Origin: an uncultured Gammaproteobacteria bacterium
Lineage (GTDB): Bacteria > Patescibacteriota > Patescibacteriia > UBA1558 > UBA10009
Assembly: GCA_964588165.1 (NCBI GenBank)
Contig: CAZPMS010000001.1
Span: forward strand, 91,303-155,302
Length of the DNA: 64,000 nucleotides
Direction of reading: 5' to 3'
The notes below the pieces were generated by a model, which had not been told where the DNA came from, searched no databases, and saw only the letters and a program-made list of their open reading frames with translations. Positions 55,782 to 64,000 of this stretch are shown here, in pieces. Both the position numbers and the translations under genes were made by a program. Each line of letters starts with the position of its first letter. Position 1 is the stretch's first letter.

Positions 55782-56387
55782 ATGAATATTTTACGCCCCT
55801 TTTTGCGGGCAAAAAAAATTGTTTTAACTTCTTTGTTAATCGGAGCGTTAAGCGTTGCTTATTTGCTCTTTTTTATTCCTTCAATCGAAGGAAAATCCCC
55901 TACTCCAATCAATTCATCTATAGATTCTAAAGAACTGATTTATTTAACTAACTTAGAAAGGGTAAATAATAATCTTGGTAACCTCTCTATTAATCCTCTT
56001 CTTTCTAAGGCGGCTCAGTATAAAGCCAAAGATATTTTAGAAAATGATTATTTTTCACATAATTCACCAACAGGCAAAAAATTCTCCCAATGGGTTAAAG
56101 ATGTAGATTATGAATATATAATTGTCGGAGAAAATTTAGCTACCGGCTTTAGCAGCAATGAGGCAATTATGGCTGCCTGGATGAAAAGTGCAAAGCATCG
56201 GGATAATATTCTGCACCCAAAATATAAAGATATCGGCATTGCTGTTTTAAAAGGCAGGTTAGAGGGCCAAACAACTTATATTATTGTCCAATACTTTGGC
56301 GCTACTGGCAGCTTAACTATTTCCGAAAACTTATTGCCCTATAACCAACAAGGTGATATTTTAAAGAACTATTCTGTTTATTCTTAA
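55782..56387 (+). CDS. CAP-domain (SCP/YkwD-like) secreted protein
   Basis: N-terminal TM/signal. CAP signatures ...YFSHNSPTG... GENLATGFSSNEAIMAAWMKSAKHRDNIL. Confidence 0.75.
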   Translation: MNILRPFLRAKKIVLTSLLIGALSVAYLLFFIPSIEGKSPTPINSSIDSKELIYLTNLERVNNNLGNLSINPLLSKAAQYKAKDILENDYFSHNSPTGKKFSQWVKDVDYEYIIVGENLATGFSSNEAIMAAWMKSAKHRDNILHPKYKDIGIAVLKGRLEGQTTYIIVQYFGATGSLTISENLLPYNQQGDILKNYSVYS

Positions 56388-57196
56388 ACCAGAAAAATTA
56401 AAGCCAATATGCCGGCCAAAATAAACCGATATACGGCAAAATAAGTTAAGGAATGCTTTTCTAAAAATTCTAAAAAGAATTTTATAACCACATAACCTAT
56501 TAGTGCAGCACCTGCTGCGCCTAAAATAGAAACAAAAATAAAATTTAAAGAAAGATCACTTGAGGCCACTTGAGTGATTTTTCTTATTGTAGCTCCTAAA
56601 ACTATTGGCAGAGATAATAAAAAAGAAAATCTAGCAGCTTCTACCCTTTTAAAACCGTTCATTAAACCGGCAGCAATAGTAATGCCGGATCTGGAAGTGC
56701 CGGGAATAAAAGCCAATACCTGAAAAATACCTATTACTAAAGCGTCTGTAAAAGTCATAGAGTCTAAATTCCTATGCTTGCGGCTGATTTTTTCAAAAAT
56801 AATAAATAAAATGCCGCCAATAACCAGCATACCGATTACAAAATAGACTGACCTAAAAGTTTGTTCAATATATCCTCCAAAAAAATAACCAACCAAAGCG
56901 GCCGGAACAGTGCCGATAATTAATAACCAAGGCAATTGGCGGTTGAATTCATAAGTAATGCCGCCTTTAAAGATAGTTAGAAAAAATCCTTTTACTATAT
57001 TGGCTACATCCCTTTTAAAATAAATAAGAACGGCCAATAAAGTGCCGGCATGCAGAATTACATCAAAAGCCAAGCTATCTAATAATTCCGAACTTATTAC
57101 TTTATGAAGGATGATTAAATGGCCCGAACTGGAGATAGGCAAAAATTCAGTAATTGCCTGAACAGTTGCCAAGATGATTGAGTAAATATATTCCAT
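56384..57196 (-). CDS. uppP: Undecaprenyl-diphosphatase (BacA)
   Basis: N-terminal AITEFLPISSSGHLII motif. 8 TM. 270 aa. Confidence 0.9.
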   Translation of the reverse strand: MEYIYSIILATVQAITEFLPISSSGHLIILHKVISSELLDSLAFDVILHAGTLLAVLIYFKRDVANIVKGFFLTIFKGGITYEFNRQLPWLLIIGTVPAALVGYFFGGYIEQTFRSVYFVIGMLVIGGILFIIFEKISRKHRNLDSMTFTDALVIGIFQVLAFIPGTSRSGITIAAGLMNGFKRVEAARFSFLLSLPIVLGATIRKITQVASSDLSLNFIFVSILGAAGAALIGYVVIKFFLEFLEKHSLTYFAVYRFILAGILALIFLV

Positions 57197-57259
57197 AAGG
57201 TATAATAATGTTATAAGGATTATACTAAATTTTTAATATAAATTCAATAAGTCTAAACT

Positions 57260-57670
57260 ATGAACTACATAATAATTCCCATCGCTGCATCTTTAATTGT
57301 CCATTTTATAAAATTGGCAATTGATCTTTCTAAAAAACGTTTTACTTGGAAGCGGGCTTTTGGCTATGGCGGCATGCCTTCTTCTCATTCTGCTTTAGTT
57401 GCTTCATTGGCCACCGTTGTTTATTTAACAGATGGTTTTGGCATTACTTTTGCCATTAGTTGTATTTTGGCTATCATTGTAATGCGCGACGCTATCGGCT
57501 TAAGAGGCTACCTTTCCAACCATGGCCGGATTATAAATAAATTAATTAAAGATTTGCCCGATGAAGAAGAATATAAATATCCGGTTATGGAAGAAACAAT
57601 CGCCCATACTGTAAGCCAAATTGTTGTTGGCGCTATTTTGGGAATTTTGATTACCCTGCTTTTAATCTAA
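57260..57670 (+). CDS. Divergent PAP2 family (DUF212) membrane protein
   Basis: FGYGGMPSSHSALVASLATVV matches the DUF212 / acid phosphatase-like family. Confidence 0.7.
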   Translation: MNYIIIPIAASLIVHFIKLAIDLSKKRFTWKRAFGYGGMPSSHSALVASLATVVYLTDGFGITFAISCILAIIVMRDAIGLRGYLSNHGRIINKLIKDLPDEEEYKYPVMEETIAHTVSQIVVGAILGILITLLLI

Positions 57671-57746
57671 AAAGCCTTGCATCTGCCACCCCCTATTCCT
57701 TCCTTTTAAAGGAGGGGATTTTAAGGGGAGATGTAAAGCTTTTTTA
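57670..57746. repeat. Palindromic intergenic element, type II, second copy. TTGACA-17-TAATAT promoter follows at 57750
   Basis: AAAAGCCTTGCATCTGCCACCCCC..CCTTTTAAAGGAGGGG..AGATGTAAAGCTTTTTT. Confidence 0.55.
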
Positions 57747-57815
57747 TTATTGACAAAACTATAATTTTTTAGTAATATAAACCACCAATAAATAACTAAT
57801 AACTTACTGAATAAT

Positions 57816-59495
57816 ATGAACAGAAAATTTACAAGGATGATAGCAATAACAGCTATTTTTTTAATGGTAGCTACATTAATTGGTGGTTGTGGCAATAAAT
57901 CTGAAAATGAAGCCGAAACTGTTGTTGAACAAAAAAAACCTCAGGTTGAAGTAAATCAATTACAAAAAACCAATAAAATTGAAACAATTATCAAGTTAAC
58001 CGGAACCACTAAGCCAGCTACCAGAGTTTCTTTAATCGCCCTTGCTCCCGGAACAGTTGTAGATGTTCCTTTGGAAGTTGGAGCAGAGGTCACCAAGGGT
58101 TTGCCTGTGGCTTTTTTATATGACCTAGCTACCGAAAGCAATTTTTCTACTGCTTTAAATAATTTTGAAAATGCCCAAAGATCACTAAATAGCACTAACC
58201 TTTCCGCTACCGAAACTGTTACTCAAGCCCAGCTGGCTTTAAATAATGCAGAGCAGGCCTTAGATCTTGCTGAACTTAATTACCAGGTACAAACTCAATT
58301 AGCCGAAGAAAACTTAAATAATACTTTAACCAATGCTGTAATATCGGCTGAATCTGCCCTAGATACAGTTTATGTAAGTTTAATAACTTTTAATGATGTT
58401 TTATCCGGTATCCCTCAAAATGAATTGAGTTCTCTTAACCCAAATTTAATTAATATATTTGATAATCGTTATGATATTAACGATGATCTTTACGATAATG
58501 CCGAGGAAATTGTTTTTACCAATGAAAACATAGAAGATAATTTAAATACTCTTATTGAACTAATTTCCTACACACAAGAAACTTCGGATCTGGTAATGGA
58601 AATGATTAATAAAACTCCTTCTAGCAATAACTTCCCCCAAGCTACCAAAGATGCAGCCACTAACAGCGTTTTTTCCAGACAAAATTCTTTAGCTGCCAGC
58701 CAAACAAGTCTTCAGTCAACCAAGCTTAGTATAATTACCATCACACTAAACAATCAGACAACTCTTCAAACTTATTTTAATCTGCAAAGTTCCGCCCAGA
58801 TTCAATTACAAACATCTCAATCTGGCTTAACCAGCGCCCAACAAACTAGTGATAATCAGATAGCCAACGCCGAAATTTCTTTTGAAAGATCCCAATATGA
58901 ACTAAGCCTTGCTTCTATTCAAAAAAATAGATTAACCATAAACTCTCCACTAGGCGGAGTTATTTCCCAACTTAATGTAGAGGTTGGCGATGAAATAAGC
59001 CCAGGCCAAATTTTGGGTGAAATTGCCCAAATAGAAGCTATGGAAATCGAAGTGGAAGTTTCTCCAGAAGTTGCCTCCGTTTTAGAAATAGGACAAACTG
59101 TTAAAATTACTGATAACGGCGAGGCAACTATCTCTGTTATAAACCCTACGGCCGATGCCGGCTCGGGCAAAGTTAAGGTCAAAGTTACCATGCCAAATGA
59201 AGCTAATGACTTAATTGCCGAATCGTTTGCCACTGTAGAAATTCCGGTTTCTTTGCCCGCCAGCCAAGAAAATATATTTATAGTTCCGCTTAAATCAGTT
59301 TACCTTTCGGCCGATACTGCCAAGGCTAAAATTGTACAAGATGGCAAAATAAAAACTTTAACTGTTAAAACCGGTAAAACTATAGGTGAAATGATAGAAA
59401 TTTTAGAAGGTTTTAAAGAAGGCCAGCAAGTAGTTATAAACGGCGCTGACTTTTTAGCAGATGAAACAGAAGTAGAAATAAAAACTAGCCAATAG
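57816..59495 (+). CDS. Efflux RND transporter periplasmic adaptor (HlyD-family membrane fusion protein) with a long coiled-coil
   Basis: N-terminal anchor/lipobox-like LIGGCGN. Beta-barrel/lipoyl-like segments flanking an extended helical hairpin. Upstream of an RND permease. Confidence 0.75.
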   Translation: MNRKFTRMIAITAIFLMVATLIGGCGNKSENEAETVVEQKKPQVEVNQLQKTNKIETIIKLTGTTKPATRVSLIALAPGTVVDVPLEVGAEVTKGLPVAFLYDLATESNFSTALNNFENAQRSLNSTNLSATETVTQAQLALNNAEQALDLAELNYQVQTQLAEENLNNTLTNAVISAESALDTVYVSLITFNDVLSGIPQNELSSLNPNLINIFDNRYDINDDLYDNAEEIVFTNENIEDNLNTLIELISYTQETSDLVMEMINKTPSSNNFPQATKDAATNSVFSRQNSLAASQTSLQSTKLSIITITLNNQTTLQTYFNLQSSAQIQLQTSQSGLTSAQQTSDNQIANAEISFERSQYELSLASIQKNRLTINSPLGGVISQLNVEVGDEISPGQILGEIAQIEAMEIEVEVSPEVASVLEIGQTVKITDNGEATISVINPTADAGSGKVKVKVTMPNEANDLIAESFATVEIPVSLPASQENIFIVPLKSVYLSADTAKAKIVQDGKIKTLTVKTGKTIGEMIEILEGFKEGQQVVINGADFLADETEVEIKTSQ

Positions 59496-59564
59496 CTAGT
59501 AGGCTGTAGCCAGTAGAAAAAAACCTCCTACTAGCTACTCACTACAAGCTACTATATAAAAACT

Positions 59565-62500
59565 ATGTACCATAACCACTCTAATAATATCGAAAAGCTA
59601 AATAAACAAGCCCGGGAATACTCTAAATCACTCTTCGGTTTTTTTATTAAAAATTACCGCTTCTCATTACTGCTAATAATGGTAATCCTGCTTTTTGGCA
59701 TCATGTCTATTATATCTTTGCCAAGGGAGGCTGAACCGGAAGTAGAAATACCTTTTGGCGTGGTTACCACTATTTATCCAGGTGCTTCGCCAAATGATGT
59801 AGAAAAATTAATAACTGACAAGCTGGAGGATGAATATAAATCACTTGATAATGTTAAATTAATTACTTCTGGCTCTTTAACGGGCATTTCTTCTGTTGCA
59901 GTTGAGTTTGATGCCGAAGCTGATTTGGAAACTTCCATAAGAAAACTAAAAGATGCTACAGATAGGGCCAAAACAAAGCTGCCGGATGAAGCTGAAGATC
60001 CGGTAGTGGCTGAAGTAAATTTTTCTGATATTCCTATTATTACCTTTTCTTTGCAAGGCGATCTCTCACAAACTGAACTTAACAACTATTCAAAAATACT
60101 TCAGGAAGAACTGGAAAGTATTCCCAGAGTTTCTAATGTTTATTTATCAGGAAATTTAAAACGGGAATTTAGAGTAATTATAAATAAACAAAAACTGGAA
60201 GGCTTGGGCATTGGCATTTCTCCTGTTATCCAAGCTATCTCTTTAAATAACGCCAATATGCCGCTGGGTGATTTAGAAATTGATGAAATCCATTACCAGC
60301 TTAGGGTAAAAGGTGAAATAGAAAACCAAGATGGTTTAAAAAATATGCCGGTTTATACCAGCCCGGATGGCACCGTAATACTTTTGGCTGATATCGCCGA
60401 AGTAAATGATTTATTTGAAGAGCAAACATCAATTTCCAGGCTTTCGCAAGATGGTGGCCAGGCTTTGCCAACTGTTTCTTTAACCGTACATAAAAGAACC
60501 GGTGGCAACATTTTAAATATTATTGAAGAAGCCAAAAATAGAATTGCTGAATTAAAAAATACCAATGTTTTACCTTCTAGCTTAAACATTATTACTACTA
60601 ATGATAACGCCCAATTTGTGGCTGATGATCTGGACCGCTTAGGCAAAAACGCCTTAACCACTGTTGTAATAATTTTTGTAATCTTAATGTTTGTTTTAGG
60701 CTGGCGCGAAGCTTTAATTGCCGGCCTGGCCATTCCCCTTTCTTTCCTTTCCGCTTTCTTTTTCTTAGATATACAGGGAGAAACCTTAAACAGCATGGTT
60801 TTATTTTCTTTGGTTCTGGCCTTGGGTTTGTTAGTTGATAATATAATTGTTATTTTAGAAGGCATCTACCACAATATAAACAGTAAAAAAATGAGTTCTA
60901 TAAATGGAACGCTATTGGCTGTAAAGCAATTTTTTTGGCCGGTAACTTCCGGTACCATGACAACTGTAGCCGCTTTTTTACCTATGCTCTTGGTTTCTGG
61001 AATTATGGGGCAATACATGGGCATTATTCCTAAAACCGTTTCGGCTGTACTTTTATCTGCTTTATTTATTTCCGTAACTCTTATTCCTGCTATTGCCGCC
61101 AAAATTTTAAAAAAGAACATTATTAAAAAACATACCAACGAAGAAAAATTAAACAACTGTAAAAGCTGTTCCAAATTCACTGCCATAAGAAGAAAAATTA
61201 GAGATCATTTTTTCAATGCAATTACCAAAGTAAAAAACAAACACGTTAATTTACTAGAAAACGTTCTACCAAATAAAAAGAAAAGAAAAAAATACATAAT
61301 AGGAGCCTGGGTTTTGTTTATAATTTTTAGCACTTTTCCTTTCTTAGGAATTTTAAAAATAGAAATGTTCCCCACTATTGATATTGATTATTTTTATGTG
61401 AATATTAAAACACCTATTGGCAGTACTTTAGAAGTAACCGATGAGATAACAAAAAAAGTAGAGAAAATTTTATACCAAACAAAAGATATAGAGAACTTTG
61501 TAACCTCTGTGGGCAGTTCGGCTTCAGTTAATTTTGAATTCGGTTCATCTTCTGGAAGCGCCAATAAAGCTAATATAAATGTTAATTTAGTGGATAAAGA
61601 TAAAAGAGATAGAAAAAGTTTTGAAGTAGCCGAGGAATTAAGAAATAAATTTGAAAAAATTACCGAAGCAGAAGTTAAAATAGAAGAACTTACAGCCGGC
61701 CCGCCAACCGGCAAGCCGGTTGATATTAGGTTAACGGGCGAGGATCTTAACACTTTAAACAAACTGGCCGATAAAATAATGGCCGATCTAAAAAACATAG
61801 AAGGTGCAGTTAATATTTCCAAAAGTGTAGAAGATGCCGCCGGAGAATTTGTACTATACCCCAAGAGCGATATTCTGGCTAAATACGGACTTAATAACTT
61901 AACTTTTGCTACCAACTTAAGGCAGCAAATCTATGGCGTAGATGCCTCGGAAGTTAATTTAAATAACGAAGACGTAAAAATTAATGTGGCCTTAAACGAA
62001 AAACAGCTGGTAAGCATTGATGATATTGATAACTTGTTAATTACCACCCCTACCGGACACAATGTGCCAATTTCTGTTCTAACCGAAAAAAGGTTTGAAC
62101 CAAGCTTGGTTAGCATTAATCACCGTAATGGTGAAAGGATAATTAACGTTGCTGCCAATACTGAGGGCAAAACCGCCCAAGAAATATTTGCCGAAATTCA
62201 GGAAAAAGTAGAGGGTTACGATATTCCTGTTGGCTATAGGATAAGCTACGGAGGTGAAGTGGAAGATATTCAAAAATCATTTACCGAAATTTTCTTATCA
62301 TTAATACTGGCCATTATCTTAATTGCCATAATCCTAGTATTACAGTTTAACTCCTTTAAACAGCCTTTGATTATACTTTCCACATTGCCACTAGCCATTA
62401 TTGGCGTTTTCTTTGGCTTAACCTTATTAAGGTTGGAATTTTCGCTGCCTGCTTTTATAGGCATTGTGGGCCTAGCCGGAATTGTGGTAAATGACGCCAT

Positions 62501-62801
62501 TATCTTAATTGATAAGATTAACCAAAATATCTATTCTGATAAAATGCCGCTTAAAGGAGGCATTATAGAAGCTTCTCAATCCAGGATGCAGCCAATTTTA
62601 TTAACTACTATTACCACTGTAGCCGGCATATTACCGCTTGGCTTATCTGACCCAATGTGGGCAGGCCTAGCCTTTAGTATAATTTTTGGACTTATTTTCG
62701 CCACTTTCCTTACTTTAGTAATGGTACCTATTATGTATGTTGCACTAGAAGGCAAAAGAGTGGTAAAATATTTTAAAGGCGAAATCGGCCGAAATGATTA
62801 A
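59565..62801 (+). CDS. RND-family efflux transporter permease (AcrB/HAE1-like), 12 TM
   Basis: 1078 aa. Characteristic TM1 / large periplasmic loop / TM2-7 / second loop architecture and conserved TM4-like motifs. Confidence 0.9.
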   Translation: MYHNHSNNIEKLNKQAREYSKSLFGFFIKNYRFSLLLIMVILLFGIMSIISLPREAEPEVEIPFGVVTTIYPGASPNDVEKLITDKLEDEYKSLDNVKLITSGSLTGISSVAVEFDAEADLETSIRKLKDATDRAKTKLPDEAEDPVVAEVNFSDIPIITFSLQGDLSQTELNNYSKILQEELESIPRVSNVYLSGNLKREFRVIINKQKLEGLGIGISPVIQAISLNNANMPLGDLEIDEIHYQLRVKGEIENQDGLKNMPVYTSPDGTVILLADIAEVNDLFEEQTSISRLSQDGGQALPTVSLTVHKRTGGNILNIIEEAKNRIAELKNTNVLPSSLNIITTNDNAQFVADDLDRLGKNALTTVVIIFVILMFVLGWREALIAGLAIPLSFLSAFFFLDIQGETLNSMVLFSLVLALGLLVDNIIVILEGIYHNINSKKMSSINGTLLAVKQFFWPVTSGTMTTVAAFLPMLLVSGIMGQYMGIIPKTVSAVLLSALFISVTLIPAIAAKILKKNIIKKHTNEEKLNNCKSCSKFTAIRRKIRDHFFNAITKVKNKHVNLLENVLPNKKKRKKYIIGAWVLFIIFSTFPFLGILKIEMFPTIDIDYFYVNIKTPIGSTLEVTDEITKKVEKILYQTKDIENFVTSVGSSASVNFEFGSSSGSANKANINVNLVDKDKRDRKSFEVAEELRNKFEKITEAEVKIEELTAGPPTGKPVDIRLTGEDLNTLNKLADKIMADLKNIEGAVNISKSVEDAAGEFVLYPKSDILAKYGLNNLTFATNLRQQIYGVDASEVNLNNEDVKINVALNEKQLVSIDDIDNLLITTPTGHNVPISVLTEKRFEPSLVSINHRNGERIINVAANTEGKTAQEIFAEIQEKVEGYDIPVGYRISYGGEVEDIQKSFTEIFLSLILAIILIAIILVLQFNSFKQPLIILSTLPLAIIGVFFGLTLLRLEFSLPAFIGIVGLAGIVVNDAIILIDKINQNIYSDKMPLKGGIIEASQSRMQPILLTTITTVAGILPLGLSDPMWAGLAFSIIFGLIFATFLTLVMVPIMYVALEGKRVVKYFKGEIGRND

Positions 62802-62804
62802 TTT

Positions 62805-63040
62805 ATTGAATCTTTATATAAGAGGGGGACGAACCTGAAACTTTAGCTAGCCGTCTAGTTGTCATCTTTTGGTGAAGTTAGAGGTTCCTTGTGACTTTAA
62901 CTGCTAGTTTAAGACTGCTGACACTTTTTACAAGGAACGAGATACTCTTCCTTAGACCGGCGATGCAATTGCGACAGAAGTACTCCCCTTTCAACTTAAA
63001 ACCAATTGACATAAATCAGTTGGTTTTTTTTATTTTTGGC
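62805..63040 (+). other. Structured ~235-nt region after the RND gene ending in a plus-strand terminator (CCAATTGA..TCAGTTGG plus T8): candidate ncRNA or structured 3' UTR
   Basis: 9-bp stem GTTCCTTGT/ACAAGGAAC plus a terminal hairpin and T-run. No convincing ORF. Confidence 0.3.
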
Positions 63041-63890
63041 ATTTTTTGCAATAAACCGTTCCCCTGCCACCAAGTTTAGTTTTTATTAAAATTGACTTGC
63101 AGTTAAAACATTTTAGTCCTCCCCGGCCGTAAACTTTTAATTTTTCTACAAACTTACCACGCTGGCCGTCAGAGTTTACAAAAGTATTAACCGATGTGCC
63201 GCCCGATTTAACAGCCTGCTTTAAAATTTTTATAATTGATTGATGTAACTTTTTAATTTCTAATTGGCTTAAAGTTTTTACCTGCCGTAGCGGATTTATA
63301 CCAGCCACAAATAAACTTTCATCAGCATATATGTTGCCAATACCAACAATTAAGTCCTGGCTTAATAACAGCTGCTTTATTTTTGCCTTTAGACGCTTAA
63401 CTAAAATCTCTTTGAATTTTGATAAGCTAAGCTCACTTGATAACGGCTCAACCCCGTGCTGATTACTAATTAATGAGTACTCGTTATCGGTTACTAACCT
63501 CATCCAGCCGAACCTCCTTACATCATGAAATAATAACCTGCTGCCGTCGGAAAATTTTAAAATTATGTGAGTATATTTATTTGGCTTGGTTAAATCAATA
63601 CCATTTGACTGGATTGGATGACCGCCACCAATAGCTTTACCTTTTTTATCTACAAAAATAAGTTGGCCGGTCATTTTTAAATGGACAATAATTGAATCGT
63701 TCGATGTCAGCTCAATAACAATCATTTTAGCTCTACGGAATACTTTTTTTACTTTTTGATTCTTAATTTTTGATTTGAATCCATAATTTACCATTTTAAA
63801 AACTTTAACCTCGGCAGCTTTAAAAACCTTGCCAACGATTTTTTTAGCAAGGTTATCAGCTACGGTCTGCACTTCTGGAAGCTCAGGCAT
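63030..63890 (-). CDS. mutM: Formamidopyrimidine-DNA glycosylase (Fpg/Nei family)
   Basis: N-terminal MPELPEVQTV (PELPEVE catalytic N-terminus). C-terminal CxxC-x16-CxxC zinc finger (CFNCKS...CKKCQK). Confidence 0.85.
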   Translation of the reverse strand: MPELPEVQTVADNLAKKIVGKVFKAAEVKVFKMVNYGFKSKIKNQKVKKVFRRAKMIVIELTSNDSIIVHLKMTGQLIFVDKKGKAIGGGHPIQSNGIDLTKPNKYTHIILKFSDGSRLLFHDVRRFGWMRLVTDNEYSLISNQHGVEPLSSELSLSKFKEILVKRLKAKIKQLLLSQDLIVGIGNIYADESLFVAGINPLRQVKTLSQLEIKKLHQSIIKILKQAVKSGGTSVNTFVNSDGQRGKFVEKLKVYGRGGLKCFNCKSILIKTKLGGRGTVYCKKCQK

Positions 63891-64000
63891 TGTTTTAAAA
63901 ATTATTCATAACTAATTAGATTATGGGTTATGGTTCATAGGTCATCATATTTATAGAAATAATCCATGAACTATAACCTATGAATAAAACTCTATATCAA

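Noticed and set aside
2044-62500. Numerous ORF-track entries antisense to or nested within large recognised genes (for example 2044-2280, 2470-3003, 3863-4150, 14583-14963, 15142-15411, 18271-18594, 20550-20870, 22080-22415, 33143-33508, 35429-35878, 37355-37570, 43446-43685, 44021-44359, 45102-45407, 48093-48302, 48623-49236, 49541-49801, 57956-58195, 58919-59233, 59774-62500 minus-strand set, 62891-63079)
   Set aside because: They overlap, on the opposite strand or in another frame, genes with clear family signatures. They lack RBS or promoter and have low-complexity composition typical of shadow ORFs.

Overview
The window is an AT-rich bacterial chromosomal segment. Gene organisation and signals suggest a small-genome, possibly CPR-like organism; this is inferred from sequence features only. 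Most genes sit on the minus strand.

Core genes recognised from motifs:
- SOS module: lexA, an 81-aa ORF, and dinB.
- ECF sigma factor with a putative anti-sigma factor, and a divergent excisionase-family HTH gene.
- Cell envelope genes: a GT2 glycosyltransferase with uppS, dut, an M23 peptidase, mltG, uppP with a DUF212/PAP2 protein, a CAP-domain protein and an FKBP lipoprotein.
- A compact dcw cluster: mraZ-rsmH-ftsL-ftsI-murF.
- Translation and tRNA modification: tsaB, and ribosomal rplJ-rplL.
- One tRNA (anticodon CTC, Glu).
- A Type III restriction-modification system (mod, an inserted unknown gene, res).
- mutM.
- RND efflux adaptor and permease.
- A pcm gene split by a homopolymer frameshift.

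Interspersed, visibly GC-richer islands carry canonical TTGACA-N17-TAnnAT promoters and strong Shine-Dalgarno sites. These include:
- a TagF-like glycerophosphotransferase;
- a lipoprotein plus three tandem paralogous ~90-aa genes, each with its own promoter and terminator;
- a small zinc-ribbon gene with an in-frame TGA followed by a SECIS-like hairpin;
- a DnaJ-type zinc-finger miniprotein;
- an operon of an RNHCP protein, two radical-SAM/SPASM enzymes and a trailing 42-aa peptide.

Several short repeat families recur in intergenic regions:
- 11-bp-phased TATCnGnGA arrays at eight promoter regions;
- 8-bp-phased AAGAYT arrays;
- a palindromic AAAAGCCTTGCC...GGCAAGGCTTTT terminator-like element family, seven copies in three core types;
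- a ~90-nt repeat upstream of rsmH and of one other gene.

No CRISPR array, rRNA, transposase or integrase was seen.
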